Positions 29,816-38,866 of a DNA stretch of 64,000 nt are shown here, one piece after another. The translations under genes were made by a program, and so were the position numbers. Position 1 is the stretch's first letter. Each line of letters opens with the position of its first letter. Under the pieces are notes generated by a model, which was not told the DNA's origin, made no database searches, and saw nothing but the letters and a program-made list of their open reading frames with translations. This stretch comes from Patescibacteria group bacterium (GTDB taxonomy: Bacteria > Patescibacteriota > Patescibacteriia > JAHIZJ01): the NCBI GenBank assembly GCA_028714495.1, contig JAQTMH010000003.1:72496-136495 (forward strand). Reading direction: 5' to 3'.

Positions 29816-29858
29816 GTTTTCCCGGCCTGAGTTTGTAACAGACCGGGAACTTGTGCAC

Positions 29859-31478
29859 CTAGAGCGCCGCCGCAACCGCTTGCCGCAAAGCGCCGCTCTG
29901 GATCAGCTTCAACATCTTCTGATGGTCAGCCATGAGGAATCGATCATCATTCATCTCCTCGATGGCCGACCGGATCACCTGAAGGGCGACACTGGTACCG
30001 CGACCGAGCTTCGGATCATTGAGCGACTTCTGAGTCAGAGTAATGCCCTGGGCCGCTCCGATGAGCTCCCACGCGATCACCGCGAAAGCCAGCTCGATCA
30101 CCCGACGCATGTGCCGAGCCGAGATTGAAGCCATGCTGACATGATCTTCCTGGCCAGCTGAGGTCGGGATCGAAATCGCCTTGGCTGGATAGCACATTAC
30201 TGCGCATTCAGCGACTAGGGCAGCCACCGCGTATTGGGCAATCATTAGCCCGGTATTGAGGTCTGACTCACCAGCCAAATCAGCTGGCAAGCCATAGCTC
30301 GATTCCGGGTTCAGCAGAGCGTACAAACGAGAGTTCGAGATGTTAGCCAGGCACTGGGCGGCCAGTTTCATCTGCTCACTGGCATGCCCGAGCGGTTCTC
30401 CGTGGAAATTGCCACAAGACACTGCGACAAACTGCTCGCCAACTTGGAAGATCAGCGGATTGTCAGTCGCCGAGTTTGCCTCGATTGACAGAGCTTCCTT
30501 TGCCCGATCAATGATTTCTCTGACCGGGCCGGCCACTTGCGGATAGCACCGGTAAGAATAGGCGTCCTGAACGCGCGGCACCTTCAGATCATTCGGCTGA
30601 GACTTCACATGCTCAGCTGGCAAATCGACCAGTCGACAAGCATGGGTCATCCGCTCTGAACCAGCAGTCAGCTGACGAATCTCTGCTGCCACCTGGATCT
30701 GACCCGGATAGGGTCTGGCCAGGTGAACCCGTTCGTCAAACGCAGCTGTCTCACCGCGGATCGCTTCGAGCGAGAGCGCAGCTGCCAAATTCGAGTACCA
30801 AAGCAGAGACTCAAGGTCAGCCTGTCCCAGAATTGCCTGGGCCAGAATGAAAGTCGAACCATTGGTCAGAGCCATGGCTTCCTTGCCTTTGAGAACGATC
30901 GGCTGCAGATCAGCGGCAATCAGCGCATACTTGGCCGTCATGAATTCACCCTGATACCAGGCACGCTGTTCTTCCGATCCCATGAGCGTTGCCGAGACAT
31001 GCGCCAGTGGACAGAGATCGCCACTGGCACCGACTGAGCCGATCTGCGGAACATAGGGAATCACGCCGGCATTGTAGAGATTGACCAGACTCGCGCAGAG
31101 TTCAGGCCGTACGCCGGAATGCCCCTTGGCAAAGGAATTGGCCCGCAATACCAGTGCCAGTCTGACTACCTCGTCTGGGAACGGTTCGCCAAAACCAACG
31201 CAGTGAGCCGGAATGTAGTGCCTCTGATACGCGGTGATTTCTTCACCGGGAATCATGACGCACTTGCGACTGCCGCAGCCAGTGTTGAAACCATAGACCG
31301 CGTGATCTTGGCCGTAAGCGACCAGACCATCACGAAACTGACCAATCTCCTGCATTCTTTCCCCGGTGATTTCAACCCGGGGAAAAAGGTGAACGCCGGT
31401 AGCATCATCCTCACCCCGGGCTGCCAGAAGACAATCGGGCAAACCGAGATTTTCGCCATCGAGCCTGATATCGCGCAT
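29859..31478 (-). CDS. hutH: MIO-dependent aromatic amino acid lyase, histidine ammonia-lyase-like
   Basis: VYGFNTGCG, GSVGASGDL (MIO tripeptide ASG), QDAYSYRC, GNFHG, QEDHVSM; AAGGAG SD before ATG 31478. Confidence 0.85.
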   Translation of the reverse strand: MRDIRLDGENLGLPDCLLAARGEDDATGVHLFPRVEITGERMQEIGQFRDGLVAYGQDHAVYGFNTGCGSRKCVMIPGEEITAYQRHYIPAHCVGFGEPFPDEVVRLALVLRANSFAKGHSGVRPELCASLVNLYNAGVIPYVPQIGSVGASGDLCPLAHVSATLMGSEEQRAWYQGEFMTAKYALIAADLQPIVLKGKEAMALTNGSTFILAQAILGQADLESLLWYSNLAAALSLEAIRGETAAFDERVHLARPYPGQIQVAAEIRQLTAGSERMTHACRLVDLPAEHVKSQPNDLKVPRVQDAYSYRCYPQVAGPVREIIDRAKEALSIEANSATDNPLIFQVGEQFVAVSCGNFHGEPLGHASEQMKLAAQCLANISNSRLYALLNPESSYGLPADLAGESDLNTGLMIAQYAVAALVAECAVMCYPAKAISIPTSAGQEDHVSMASISARHMRRVIELAFAVIAWELIGAAQGITLTQKSLNDPKLGRGTSVALQVIRSAIEEMNDDRFLMADHQKMLKLIQSGALRQAVAAAL

Positions 31479-31524
31479 GACCGTTTCTCCTTTTGTGAGA
31501 AGCCCGCGAGCGACTGGTTTCGTT

Positions 31525-31554
31525 CTAGCAGTACGAGATTCCGTTCTCGGCCAT
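31525..31554 (-). CDS. 9-aa upstream ORF MAENGISYC
   Basis: GAGGAGGT SD 5 nt before ATG 31554; TAG at 31525-31527. Confidence 0.45.
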   Translation of the reverse strand: MAENGISYC

Positions 31555-31789
31555 AGACTGACCTCCTCGTGTTTGGATGGTTTGTTTGCGTAGTGGGTAA
31601 TTACAAGATAATCCTGCCCGCTTAACAAGCAAGATTATTGTCAATGTACTAGCTTTTCCAAGAATAACTCATCTTATCACGGGCCCAGAATCACTGTCAA
31701 TTAGCCCTTATGCACATAGCTTACTACATAATATTCTCAATAAAAAAGGCCGGGGGTTCATACACCCTGACAAAGTACTGGGTACGATA

Positions 31790-31987
31790 TTAAACTGATT
31801 TAATAACCTGCACTCTCCCCACTTCCCCGGTTTCCAGGCGTACCTTGATCCCGTGCGGATGATTTGGCGAACTCGTCAAAATGTCTTTGACTACGCCTTC
31901 AGTTAGTCGTCCAGTGCGTTGATCCTGCTTTTGCACGATCTCCACGCGCAAGCCAGGATAGATGTTATCGCGGATTTGATTGTCCAT
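31790..31987 (-). CDS. YwbE family protein
   Basis: KQDQRTG.LT.GVVKDILT.S..HPHGIKVRL..G.VGRV. Confidence 0.9.
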   Translation of the reverse strand: MDNQIRDNIYPGLRVEIVQKQDQRTGRLTEGVVKDILTSSPNHPHGIKVRLETGEVGRVQVIKSV

Positions 31988-32028
31988 CGTATAAATTTAT
32001 TGTTAAATCAAGAAAAACGGCACTTAGT

Positions 32029-32559
32029 TTATTTTTTCGCCATCTGGATTAAAACATCAGCCGCCTTTAAAACGTTCGCCTGGAACTTTTCGTCCGCCAG
32101 CTTCGGATCTTCGGGAAAATCTATCACCCGGCTGACATTGATTGAGAATTGGGAAACGATTAAGCCGAGCTGCCGTAACACCGGCAAAAGATTTTCAACC
32201 ACCCGAGTACCGCCGAAAATTCCCTTTGACACTCCACAGACTACCACCAGCTTGCCAGTATAATTGTCATAATCCTGGTCAAGCAACATTTTCAGTTCAC
32301 CAGGATAACCATGGTTATACTCCGGCGTAACAATTAAAAAGGCGCTGGCTCGTTTAACAATCTCCTGCCACGGTTTTGTGAGTTTGTTATTTTCCGAAGG
32401 CGGTATCGTTCGACCGTGAATATATTCTTTCACGTCAATCAGTTCGATTTCGATATCTTCGCGCGATTTAAGAATGTGAAGCACTGCCTGGGCGACCTTT
32501 TCAGATTGCCTACCCTCTCTGGCAGTGCCGAGCACAATTGGAATATATGGTTTTTCCAT
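32029..32559 (-). CDS. NAD(P)H-dependent FMN reductase
   Basis: LGTAREGRQS, TPEYNHGYPGELK, GGTR. Confidence 0.9.
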   Translation of the reverse strand: MEKPYIPIVLGTAREGRQSEKVAQAVLHILKSREDIEIELIDVKEYIHGRTIPPSENNKLTKPWQEIVKRASAFLIVTPEYNHGYPGELKMLLDQDYDNYTGKLVVVCGVSKGIFGGTRVVENLLPVLRQLGLIVSQFSINVSRVIDFPEDPKLADEKFQANVLKAADVLIQMAKK

Positions 32560-32718
32560 AAGTTAATATTTACTGGTATTTCTCGCGTTTATAAGTATAT
32601 CAAATAAATACGTATCAGGCATCTTTCTGTACAGCTATTTGACTGAATAAAACCAATATACTAATATGCCCGTGCGGTTGTTTTTTCCTTTTTGTACCTT
32701 CATCCCTGGGAGGGAAAA

Positions 32719-33141
32719 ATGGGTGAACCACGTGTTCCTTCTGGACTCGAAGATCTAGCCAGAGGCGCTTCTTACTCGCCGGCGATTGATCTGCCGCCTG
32801 GATCTGAGCTCGTACCCTTTTCCGGCATTGTCGATACACTTCAAGAAGGTGAAGAATCAATCCCTTCTGATCTAGCCTCCCAGACCAAACGCGTCCTTGC
32901 GAAGATGGTTTCGCAGGTTCAAGCTATGGGCTTGACCGCGAGCAACATTGTCAAGGTTACCGTGCTTCTCGTCTGTCCCAAGTCTGAGTTCCCAGTGTTC
33001 AACAAGGCCTGGACAGAATTCTGGGGTACGGCTTTCCCGCCTTGCCGCCGGGCCCATGGCGTAACCTGGGTACCAGGCACTGGCACGCTGATCGAAGTTG
33101 ATCCGATCGTGGTCCGTTTCCCAGAAGAGCCGACTGCCTAA
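32719..33141 (+). CDS. Rid (YjgF/YER057c/UK114) family protein
   Basis: YSPA, FSG, QT, IVKVTVLL, FNKAW, PPCRR, LIEVD; GGAGG SD before ATG 32719. Confidence 0.82.
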   Translation: MGEPRVPSGLEDLARGASYSPAIDLPPGSELVPFSGIVDTLQEGEESIPSDLASQTKRVLAKMVSQVQAMGLTASNIVKVTVLLVCPKSEFPVFNKAWTEFWGTAFPPCRRAHGVTWVPGTGTLIEVDPIVVRFPEEPTA

Positions 33142-33162
33142 TCAAGCGGCCAGCTCGAACCC

Positions 33163-33189
33163 CCTCTCTGAATGGTCAGAGAGGTTTTT
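33163..33189 (+). terminator. Intrinsic terminator
   Basis: CCTCTCTGA-ATGG-TCAGAGAGG-TTTTT. Confidence 0.75.
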
Positions 33190-33257
33190 ATTATGAACAA
33201 GCAAATTATTATTAAAAAAACCGCTAAAGATTTAAGCGGCAATATTATATTTCTTAA

Positions 33258-34289
33258 TTAGGAAAAACTTAACTCACCCGGATATACCCAAATTTCCTTG
33301 AAGTTTTTTAGAGGTATTAGATCGGATTTCACAACCTCATGATCCTGGTTTTTAATTTGCTCAAACTGCTTGGGCGATAGAATTCGGTCAATATAACCGT
33401 CTCCCCTCTTTTCTAACACGCCAAAACCGGTCCAGAATTTCGCTACTGAATTTGAGGTTGTGCCGATTGGAATGGAATTATACTTGGGTAGCGGCGTGGC
33501 GGATAAATCAACCTTGCCTAATCCGCGTATCGCTTCATGAACCCGGGATAACCGGCAATAACCGTCATGGGCAATCGGGCCCATTTTTATTTTCTCCTGC
33601 TTCTCGTTCTCGTTCAGCCGCTTCCAATCTTCAGCGCCTTGCCACTGCAGATTAAGATTGGACGTTGCCTCTCTTTTTTTCTTGCGTTCTTCAGGCCAAT
33701 CTTTATATTCTTGCTTTACTTTATCTATAAAAGGCTCAAGTTCGTCGAGATATTCTTTTTCATTAGGATAAAGCTCGGCAAACGATCTTAATTCCAGCTT
33801 GATATTTCCCGGCAAATGCTCCAGAAATTCACCAAGTAATTTATTAAACGATTGGCGGTAGATTAAACAGTCTTTTTCCGGTATATTGCTCTGTCGTTTC
33901 ATAATTGAGGGATGAGCTGCCCAGTAGGTCATGATTACTCCAGGCTCATAAGCCTGCACAATGAGAGTAATGTATTTCAACATATAGCAAATATTAAAAA
34001 ATTCCGCCCAATCAACCTCCGGGGAGGTCTCAAAACTCCAGAGTTTATACCCGCCGAAAAAATAGGTAGTATTAATCGGCAGATGTTTAGTCACCGCATA
34101 GTGGATAGATTCTTTCAGCTCTTTAACGTAATCTTCACCGACCTTCCATTTGCGGAATTTTTTTGACATGAGACAGCGATAAATAAATGCTTCTGGTCCG
34201 TTTTTATCCAAAAATTCCCGGTCCGCTGTTTGCGGTTCGGTTTTGGAAGAATTTACTTTTTGACTTTTTAAATAATCCTCGACGGTCAT
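33258..34289 (-). CDS. Hypothetical protein, distant PvcA/Dit1 (isocyanide synthase)-like N-terminus
   Basis: LPI...FGGYK...PEVDWAE...AYEPGV. Start moved to ATG 34289 because the track extension overlaps tRNA-Gln. Confidence 0.6.
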   Translation of the reverse strand: MTVEDYLKSQKVNSSKTEPQTADREFLDKNGPEAFIYRCLMSKKFRKWKVGEDYVKELKESIHYAVTKHLPINTTYFFGGYKLWSFETSPEVDWAEFFNICYMLKYITLIVQAYEPGVIMTYWAAHPSIMKRQSNIPEKDCLIYRQSFNKLLGEFLEHLPGNIKLELRSFAELYPNEKEYLDELEPFIDKVKQEYKDWPEERKKKREATSNLNLQWQGAEDWKRLNENEKQEKIKMGPIAHDGYCRLSRVHEAIRGLGKVDLSATPLPKYNSIPIGTTSNSVAKFWTGFGVLEKRGDGYIDRILSPKQFEQIKNQDHEVVKSDLIPLKNFKEIWVYPGELSFS

Positions 34290-34324
34290 TTTCAAAAAAA
34301 GTCCTTTCAATATAGCGAGCTTAG

Positions 34325-34395
34325 CTCCGGGGCCTGGACTCGAACCAGGATACCCGCCTCCAAAGGGCGGTGTCCTACCATTAGACGACCCCGGA
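34325..34395 (-). tRNA. tRNA-Gln(TTG), CCA not encoded
   Basis: TCCGGGG...CCGCC-CTTTGGA-GGCGG...GGTTCGAGT...CCCCGGA-G. Confidence 0.93.
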
Positions 34396-34516
34396 GCAAA
34401 ACTCATTATAAGTTTTTTATTTCTATCGCCTCGAAACGATAGCGCTGACATCCGACCTAATCAAAAAAGGGCGCATCAACCCTATCCTATCAAACATTCG
34501 CAAATATTTCAAATCC

Positions 34517-35845
34517 TTAATTGAATATAACGTAGATACTTGCCAGGGCTACTAAAATCATAAAGATAGTGACGATCCAGCCGAGAAAATTAATCCCTGG
34601 TTTATTCACGTATTCACCCATCCGCTTCTTATCGTTGCTGACCAAGAGTATGAAAACCATGATTATCGGGGCAATCAGGCCGTTGATAATCGCCGCGTAG
34701 ATCAGGGCTTTGATCGGATCAAACCCGGCGAAATTGAGAATTAAACCGATAATGATTGAAGCGATAATGACCCCATAAAAAGCATAGGCATTTTTCAATT
34801 TCCGATACAGCCCCTCGCGCCAGCGGAAACTTTCAGACAGTACATAAGCCGCCGATCCAGCCAGTACCGGGATGGCTAGCAGCCCAACGCCAACCACTCC
34901 GAGAGTAAAAAGCAGCGAGGCGTATTTTCCAGCTAAGGGGCTAAGGGCTTCGGCCGCCTGAGCCGCTGTCTGGATATCGGTAATTCCAGCTGGGTGTAAA
35001 ACCGCTCCCGCTGTCAGGATTATGAAAAACATCACCAGATTAGAAAAAAACATGCCGATCCAGACGTCCCGGCGCATGTTTTTTATCTCAGGCCAGTTAT
35101 TTTCCTGCGATCGGGCTTTGATCGTGGTTTTGCCATCGAGTATTTCCTCCTCCACCTCCTGTGAAGTTTGCCAGAAAAAAAGGTAAGGCGAAATGGTCGT
35201 GCCGAGTATACCGCAGACGAGGAGAATCTGATCGCGCGTTAATTTTAATGAAGGCGAAACAGCGTGTCTGGCGATATCGCCCCAATCAACACCCTTTAAC
35301 GTCAAAGCGGTAATCACGTAGGCCAACAAGACCAGGGCTAAGACTTTTAGAATTTTCGAATACTGGCGATAAGACGTGAATATTTCCAGGATCAGGATAA
35401 CCGCGGTAAAGCCAATCAGCAGAAGGGCGTATTTTAATTGCGGGGCTAATAACTCCGTCGCTTTTGCCATCGCTCCCAAATCGGCCCCAATGTTAAAAGT
35501 ATTGGCGACAAAAAGAAGCGCCGCGCAGACATACAGCATCCAGCGCGGAAAATGAAGACGAATATTAGAGGCTAGACCGCGGCCAGTGACTAAGCCAATC
35601 CGGGCGCACATCTCCTGGATAATGGCCATAAAAGGAAAGGTAAAAACAGCCAGCCACAGCATTTGAAAACCATAACGGCTCCCGGTTTGGGAGTAGGTGG
35701 CAATGCCCGAGGGATCGTCATCAGCCGCTCCGGTCGTCAAACCCGGCCCGAGCCCATGCCAGAATTTGCCGAGACGCTTCAAACGAAATCCGAGATGGTG
35801 TGAAGATTTTTTTCGCGCGAATGTTTTTTCTTGTGTTTTTGTCAT
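34517..35845 (-). CDS. NRAMP-related divalent metal transporter
   Basis: LGPGLTTGAADDDPSGIATYSQ, GTTISPY. Confidence 0.9.
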   Translation of the reverse strand: MTKTQEKTFARKKSSHHLGFRLKRLGKFWHGLGPGLTTGAADDDPSGIATYSQTGSRYGFQMLWLAVFTFPFMAIIQEMCARIGLVTGRGLASNIRLHFPRWMLYVCAALLFVANTFNIGADLGAMAKATELLAPQLKYALLLIGFTAVILILEIFTSYRQYSKILKVLALVLLAYVITALTLKGVDWGDIARHAVSPSLKLTRDQILLVCGILGTTISPYLFFWQTSQEVEEEILDGKTTIKARSQENNWPEIKNMRRDVWIGMFFSNLVMFFIILTAGAVLHPAGITDIQTAAQAAEALSPLAGKYASLLFTLGVVGVGLLAIPVLAGSAAYVLSESFRWREGLYRKLKNAYAFYGVIIASIIIGLILNFAGFDPIKALIYAAIINGLIAPIIMVFILLVSNDKKRMGEYVNKPGINFLGWIVTIFMILVALASIYVIFN

Positions 35846-35878
35846 GCTCAAGATAATGAAACGGCCTGGTGTTTAATT

Positions 35879-36790
35879 TTACACCCGTAAATGCCGCCCA
35901 ATCGCGATCATCGATGAGATTACGGCCAAAAGCAAGGCGATAATTATCTGCAAGGCGAAAATTTCCAAAAACCGATCGGAGAAATAAGTTACTAAATCAA
36001 GATTGTATCCTTCAAAAAAGTTGGTAACTTGAGGTGAAATTATTTTTAGCAGCGGGTAAAGAATCCCCAGCGACAAACCGGTGCTGATGACGGCGTAAAG
36101 AACGCTTTCGAGAATAAAGGGCCCGCGGATAAACCAATTGGTAGCGCCGACTAAGCGCATTATTCCAATCTCCTCGCGGTGGGTATAAATGGTGATTCTG
36201 ATGGTATTGAAAATCACCAAGATAGCGACAACCACGAAGACCAGGCTGAGCACCAAGGCGATTTCGTAAATCCGGTCAGTTATGTTGTTTAACCGGTTGA
36301 TAATCGTCTGATAATCCTCGATGTCTTTCTCATATATCTGCTCCGTGTAATTTGGATCGTTTAAAACGTTTAAGATGTCGTTATACTGTTCGAGGTTTTT
36401 TGACTGAATAATCAAGGTCCCGCCCAGGGGATTGTCTTTTAAAATTTCCAGGGTTTCCTGAATAACCGGGTCGTTTACGTGCTTGGCTTTGAATTCTTCC
36501 AACGCCTGATCTTTGGGAATGTAGCGTACGTCTTTTACGCTTGAGAGGGTTTCCAGCCGCGACTCGATGGCTTTTATTTCAGTCTCTGACACCTCAGGAT
36601 AAAAATAGACGCTTAGATCAACCTTTTCCTTCACTGATTTGATTGCCTGATCGCCGATGATGTTGATCGTTCCGACCAAACTGATCGAAAGCAGGGTTAA
36701 AACCATGATTAAAATAGTGGCCGCGGAAAGCCAGATATTCCGATAAAAGCTCTGAAAGGCGAATTTGAGTGCGCGGAAAAAAGAAATCAT
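35879..36790 (-). CDS. ftsX: Cell division permease FtsX
   Basis: NPL, IFNTIR, REEIGIMRLVGAT..FIRGPF; follows ftsE. Confidence 0.92.
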   Translation of the reverse strand: MISFFRALKFAFQSFYRNIWLSAATILIMVLTLLSISLVGTINIIGDQAIKSVKEKVDLSVYFYPEVSETEIKAIESRLETLSSVKDVRYIPKDQALEEFKAKHVNDPVIQETLEILKDNPLGGTLIIQSKNLEQYNDILNVLNDPNYTEQIYEKDIEDYQTIINRLNNITDRIYEIALVLSLVFVVVAILVIFNTIRITIYTHREEIGIMRLVGATNWFIRGPFILESVLYAVISTGLSLGILYPLLKIISPQVTNFFEGYNLDLVTYFSDRFLEIFALQIIIALLLAVISSMIAIGRHLRV

Positions 36791-36807
36791 GTTTCTATAA
36801 TCTTAGG

Positions 36808-37488
36808 CTAAAGCAAATATTTCCCTTCCTCTTGATCAGAGATTATCTGTCCCTGATCAAGGGTGATGACCCGTTTGCGCAAGGCATTTACGATGTCATG
36901 ATTGTGCGTGACCAAAACTACCGTCGTGCCAAATTTATTTATCTTGAGAAGTAAATCGATAATTTCCTGGACATTGATTGAGTCAAGATTGCCGGTCGGC
37001 TCATCGGCGATAATGATCTTCGGCCGATGAACCAAGGCTCGGGCAATGACGACGCGTTGCTGTTGGCCTCCGGAAAGCTCATTGGGGAAACGATCAAGTT
37101 TATCCTCGAGATTTACGATTTTCAGAGCCTGCGGAACAATATTACGAATCTTTACCGGCTCGGCTCCAGCCACTTCGAGAGCAAAGGCCACGTTTTCGTA
37201 AACGGTTTTCTTTTTCAAAAGCTTAAAATCTTGGAAGACCACGCCGATTTGCCGTCTCAAGGTCGGTATTTCAGCCTGTTTAATATTGGTAATATCCCAG
37301 CCGCCGACGATAATGCTGCCTTTAGACACGTTTTCCTCGGCAATAATCAAGCGGGCCAGGGTGGTTTTGCCTGTGCCGGATTGACCGACAATCGAAACAA
37401 ACTCGCCCGGCTTAATACGCAAATTCACGTTTTTTAGCGCGGCGGTGTTTGGTTTATAGATCTTGCTGACGTTTTTAAAGCGGATCAT
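36808..37488 (-). CDS. ftsE: Cell division ATP-binding protein FtsE
   Basis: GQSGTGKTT, LRRQIGVVFQDFKLL, DEPTGNLD. Confidence 0.95.
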   Translation of the reverse strand: MIRFKNVSKIYKPNTAALKNVNLRIKPGEFVSIVGQSGTGKTTLARLIIAEENVSKGSIIVGGWDITNIKQAEIPTLRRQIGVVFQDFKLLKKKTVYENVAFALEVAGAEPVKIRNIVPQALKIVNLEDKLDRFPNELSGGQQQRVVIARALVHRPKIIIADEPTGNLDSINVQEIIDLLLKINKFGTTVVLVTHNHDIVNALRKRVITLDQGQIISDQEEGKYLL

Positions 37489-37494
37489 GGAATT

Positions 37495-38682
37495 TTAAAT
37501 GATTTTTTCAACCCTCACCCGAATCACCCCGGCTCGGCAATTACCAATATCGTTAAAAGCTTTTTTTGCCAGATCAATCACCCGACCACGAACAAACGGC
37601 CCTCGGGAAACTACTGTCACGATAACCGTTTTGCTATTTTCCAGATTGGTAACCCGCAAACGGGTGTCGAGGTTAAAATCGTTGCTAGCAGCGCCATAAG
37701 GTTTGCTACTACCATACCAGCTGGCCATCCCCTCTAGTGCTTGGACCTCTTCGCTTTCGAAAACCCCGACCATGGCGTATGGTAAATGGATAAAACCTTG
37801 TACTTGCTTCTGATCATAAAAGGTCTGGCCAGGCAGCTCGATCCAGCCAACCTTAACCGAATCCCAATAGCGGATAGTCTTTTTTCTCAAATTCGGCGAC
37901 TGGTAAGCCAGCCAGAGTGAAATCGGCCGTTTAAGCAACGAGTTATCCTCGGTCTTTAGTTGAAAGCGGAAAAGCGGTGAAACCAGCCGAAGATCATCCG
38001 GCACTGCCGCTGGCAAGCCGGGCGAATCCTCGAGAGTAATAATTGTCCGGCTGACTACCGCGTCCGGAGTCAGTTCTAATTGAAAAGACGCATCAGTAAA
38101 AGCAACCTTTGCGCCCTTAGCCGCGTCAGCAGCTAAATAATCAAATTTGGCCGGAGCGTGAACCGGATTCGGCTCTTCAAACACCGCGATCAGAGAGTAC
38201 GGCAAATAGCTTATTGCCTGAACATAATTTTGATCCCAGGCTACCCGGCTCGGCAAAGCCCGCCACTCACCGCTCAGTCTATTCCAAAAATAGATTTGCT
38301 TGTCTCTATAGTTATCAGACTCATAGGCCAGGGTCAGGGCTAAAGGCCGTGAAAATTCTAAAGGCGTTACGCCATTGGTAATGTCGTATTCAAAAATTTC
38401 GCTGACCAACGTTTTATCCTGAGGCAAGGTCACCTCCTCGGTTTCGAACTTCTTTAGTGTAACAACAACTTCTTGATCTAAGGCTCCTGGCATGATTCCC
38501 AGCCGGAATATTCCATCACTGGTTGAGGTTGTATAGCCGCGCTCGACGGTTATATTGTCCAGAGTGATCTCGTTTACCGTCTCCTGAGCTTGAACCGGAT
38601 TCCCTATTAAAAAAAACAAAAATACCGCAAAAGCAATATATAAACATTGACGAACACTAAATTTTTCGGCTATAATAGTCAT
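37495..38682 (-). CDS. Secreted protein with two repeated beta domains and a C-terminal RlpA (DPBB) domain
   Basis: GMASWYG, VTNLENSK, RGPF...RVIDL; start position uncertain. Confidence 0.8.
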   Translation of the reverse strand: MTIIAEKFSVRQCLYIAFAVFLFFLIGNPVQAQETVNEITLDNITVERGYTTSTSDGIFRLGIMPGALDQEVVVTLKKFETEEVTLPQDKTLVSEIFEYDITNGVTPLEFSRPLALTLAYESDNYRDKQIYFWNRLSGEWRALPSRVAWDQNYVQAISYLPYSLIAVFEEPNPVHAPAKFDYLAADAAKGAKVAFTDASFQLELTPDAVVSRTIITLEDSPGLPAAVPDDLRLVSPLFRFQLKTEDNSLLKRPISLWLAYQSPNLRKKTIRYWDSVKVGWIELPGQTFYDQKQVQGFIHLPYAMVGVFESEEVQALEGMASWYGSSKPYGAASNDFNLDTRLRVTNLENSKTVIVTVVSRGPFVRGRVIDLAKKAFNDIGNCRAGVIRVRVEKII

Positions 38683-38729
38683 TGTTACTACTCTCATTAA
38701 AGCGCCAAATTCGTTTCTTGTCAATTTAA

Positions 38730-38805
38730 GCGGGAATAGTTCAGTTGGTAGAACGTCTCCTTCCCAAGGAGAAGGTCGCGGGTTCGAGTCCCGTTTCCCG
38801 CTCCA
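38730..38805 (+). tRNA. tRNA-Gly(CCC)
   Basis: GCGGGAA...TCTCC-TTCCCAA-GGAGA...TTCCCGC-TCCA. Confidence 0.96.
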
Positions 38806-38866
38806 CCTGATACTGCGGAGAAAGTCGCCTCGCCACTCGCGAGCGGCGGGGTTACCCGCTCCTATC

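Noticed and set aside
29639-29816. 100-nt periodic direct repeat as a CRISPR array or att site
   Set aside because: Both units fold as complete tRNAs; there are no cas or integrase genes in the window.
31525-31554. uORF as a classical histidine attenuator
   Set aside because: It has no His codons and no terminator with a U-tract before the lyase; kept only as an unexplained uORF.
34290-34451. N-terminal extension of ORF 33258-34451
   Set aside because: It overlaps tRNA-Gln on the same strand.
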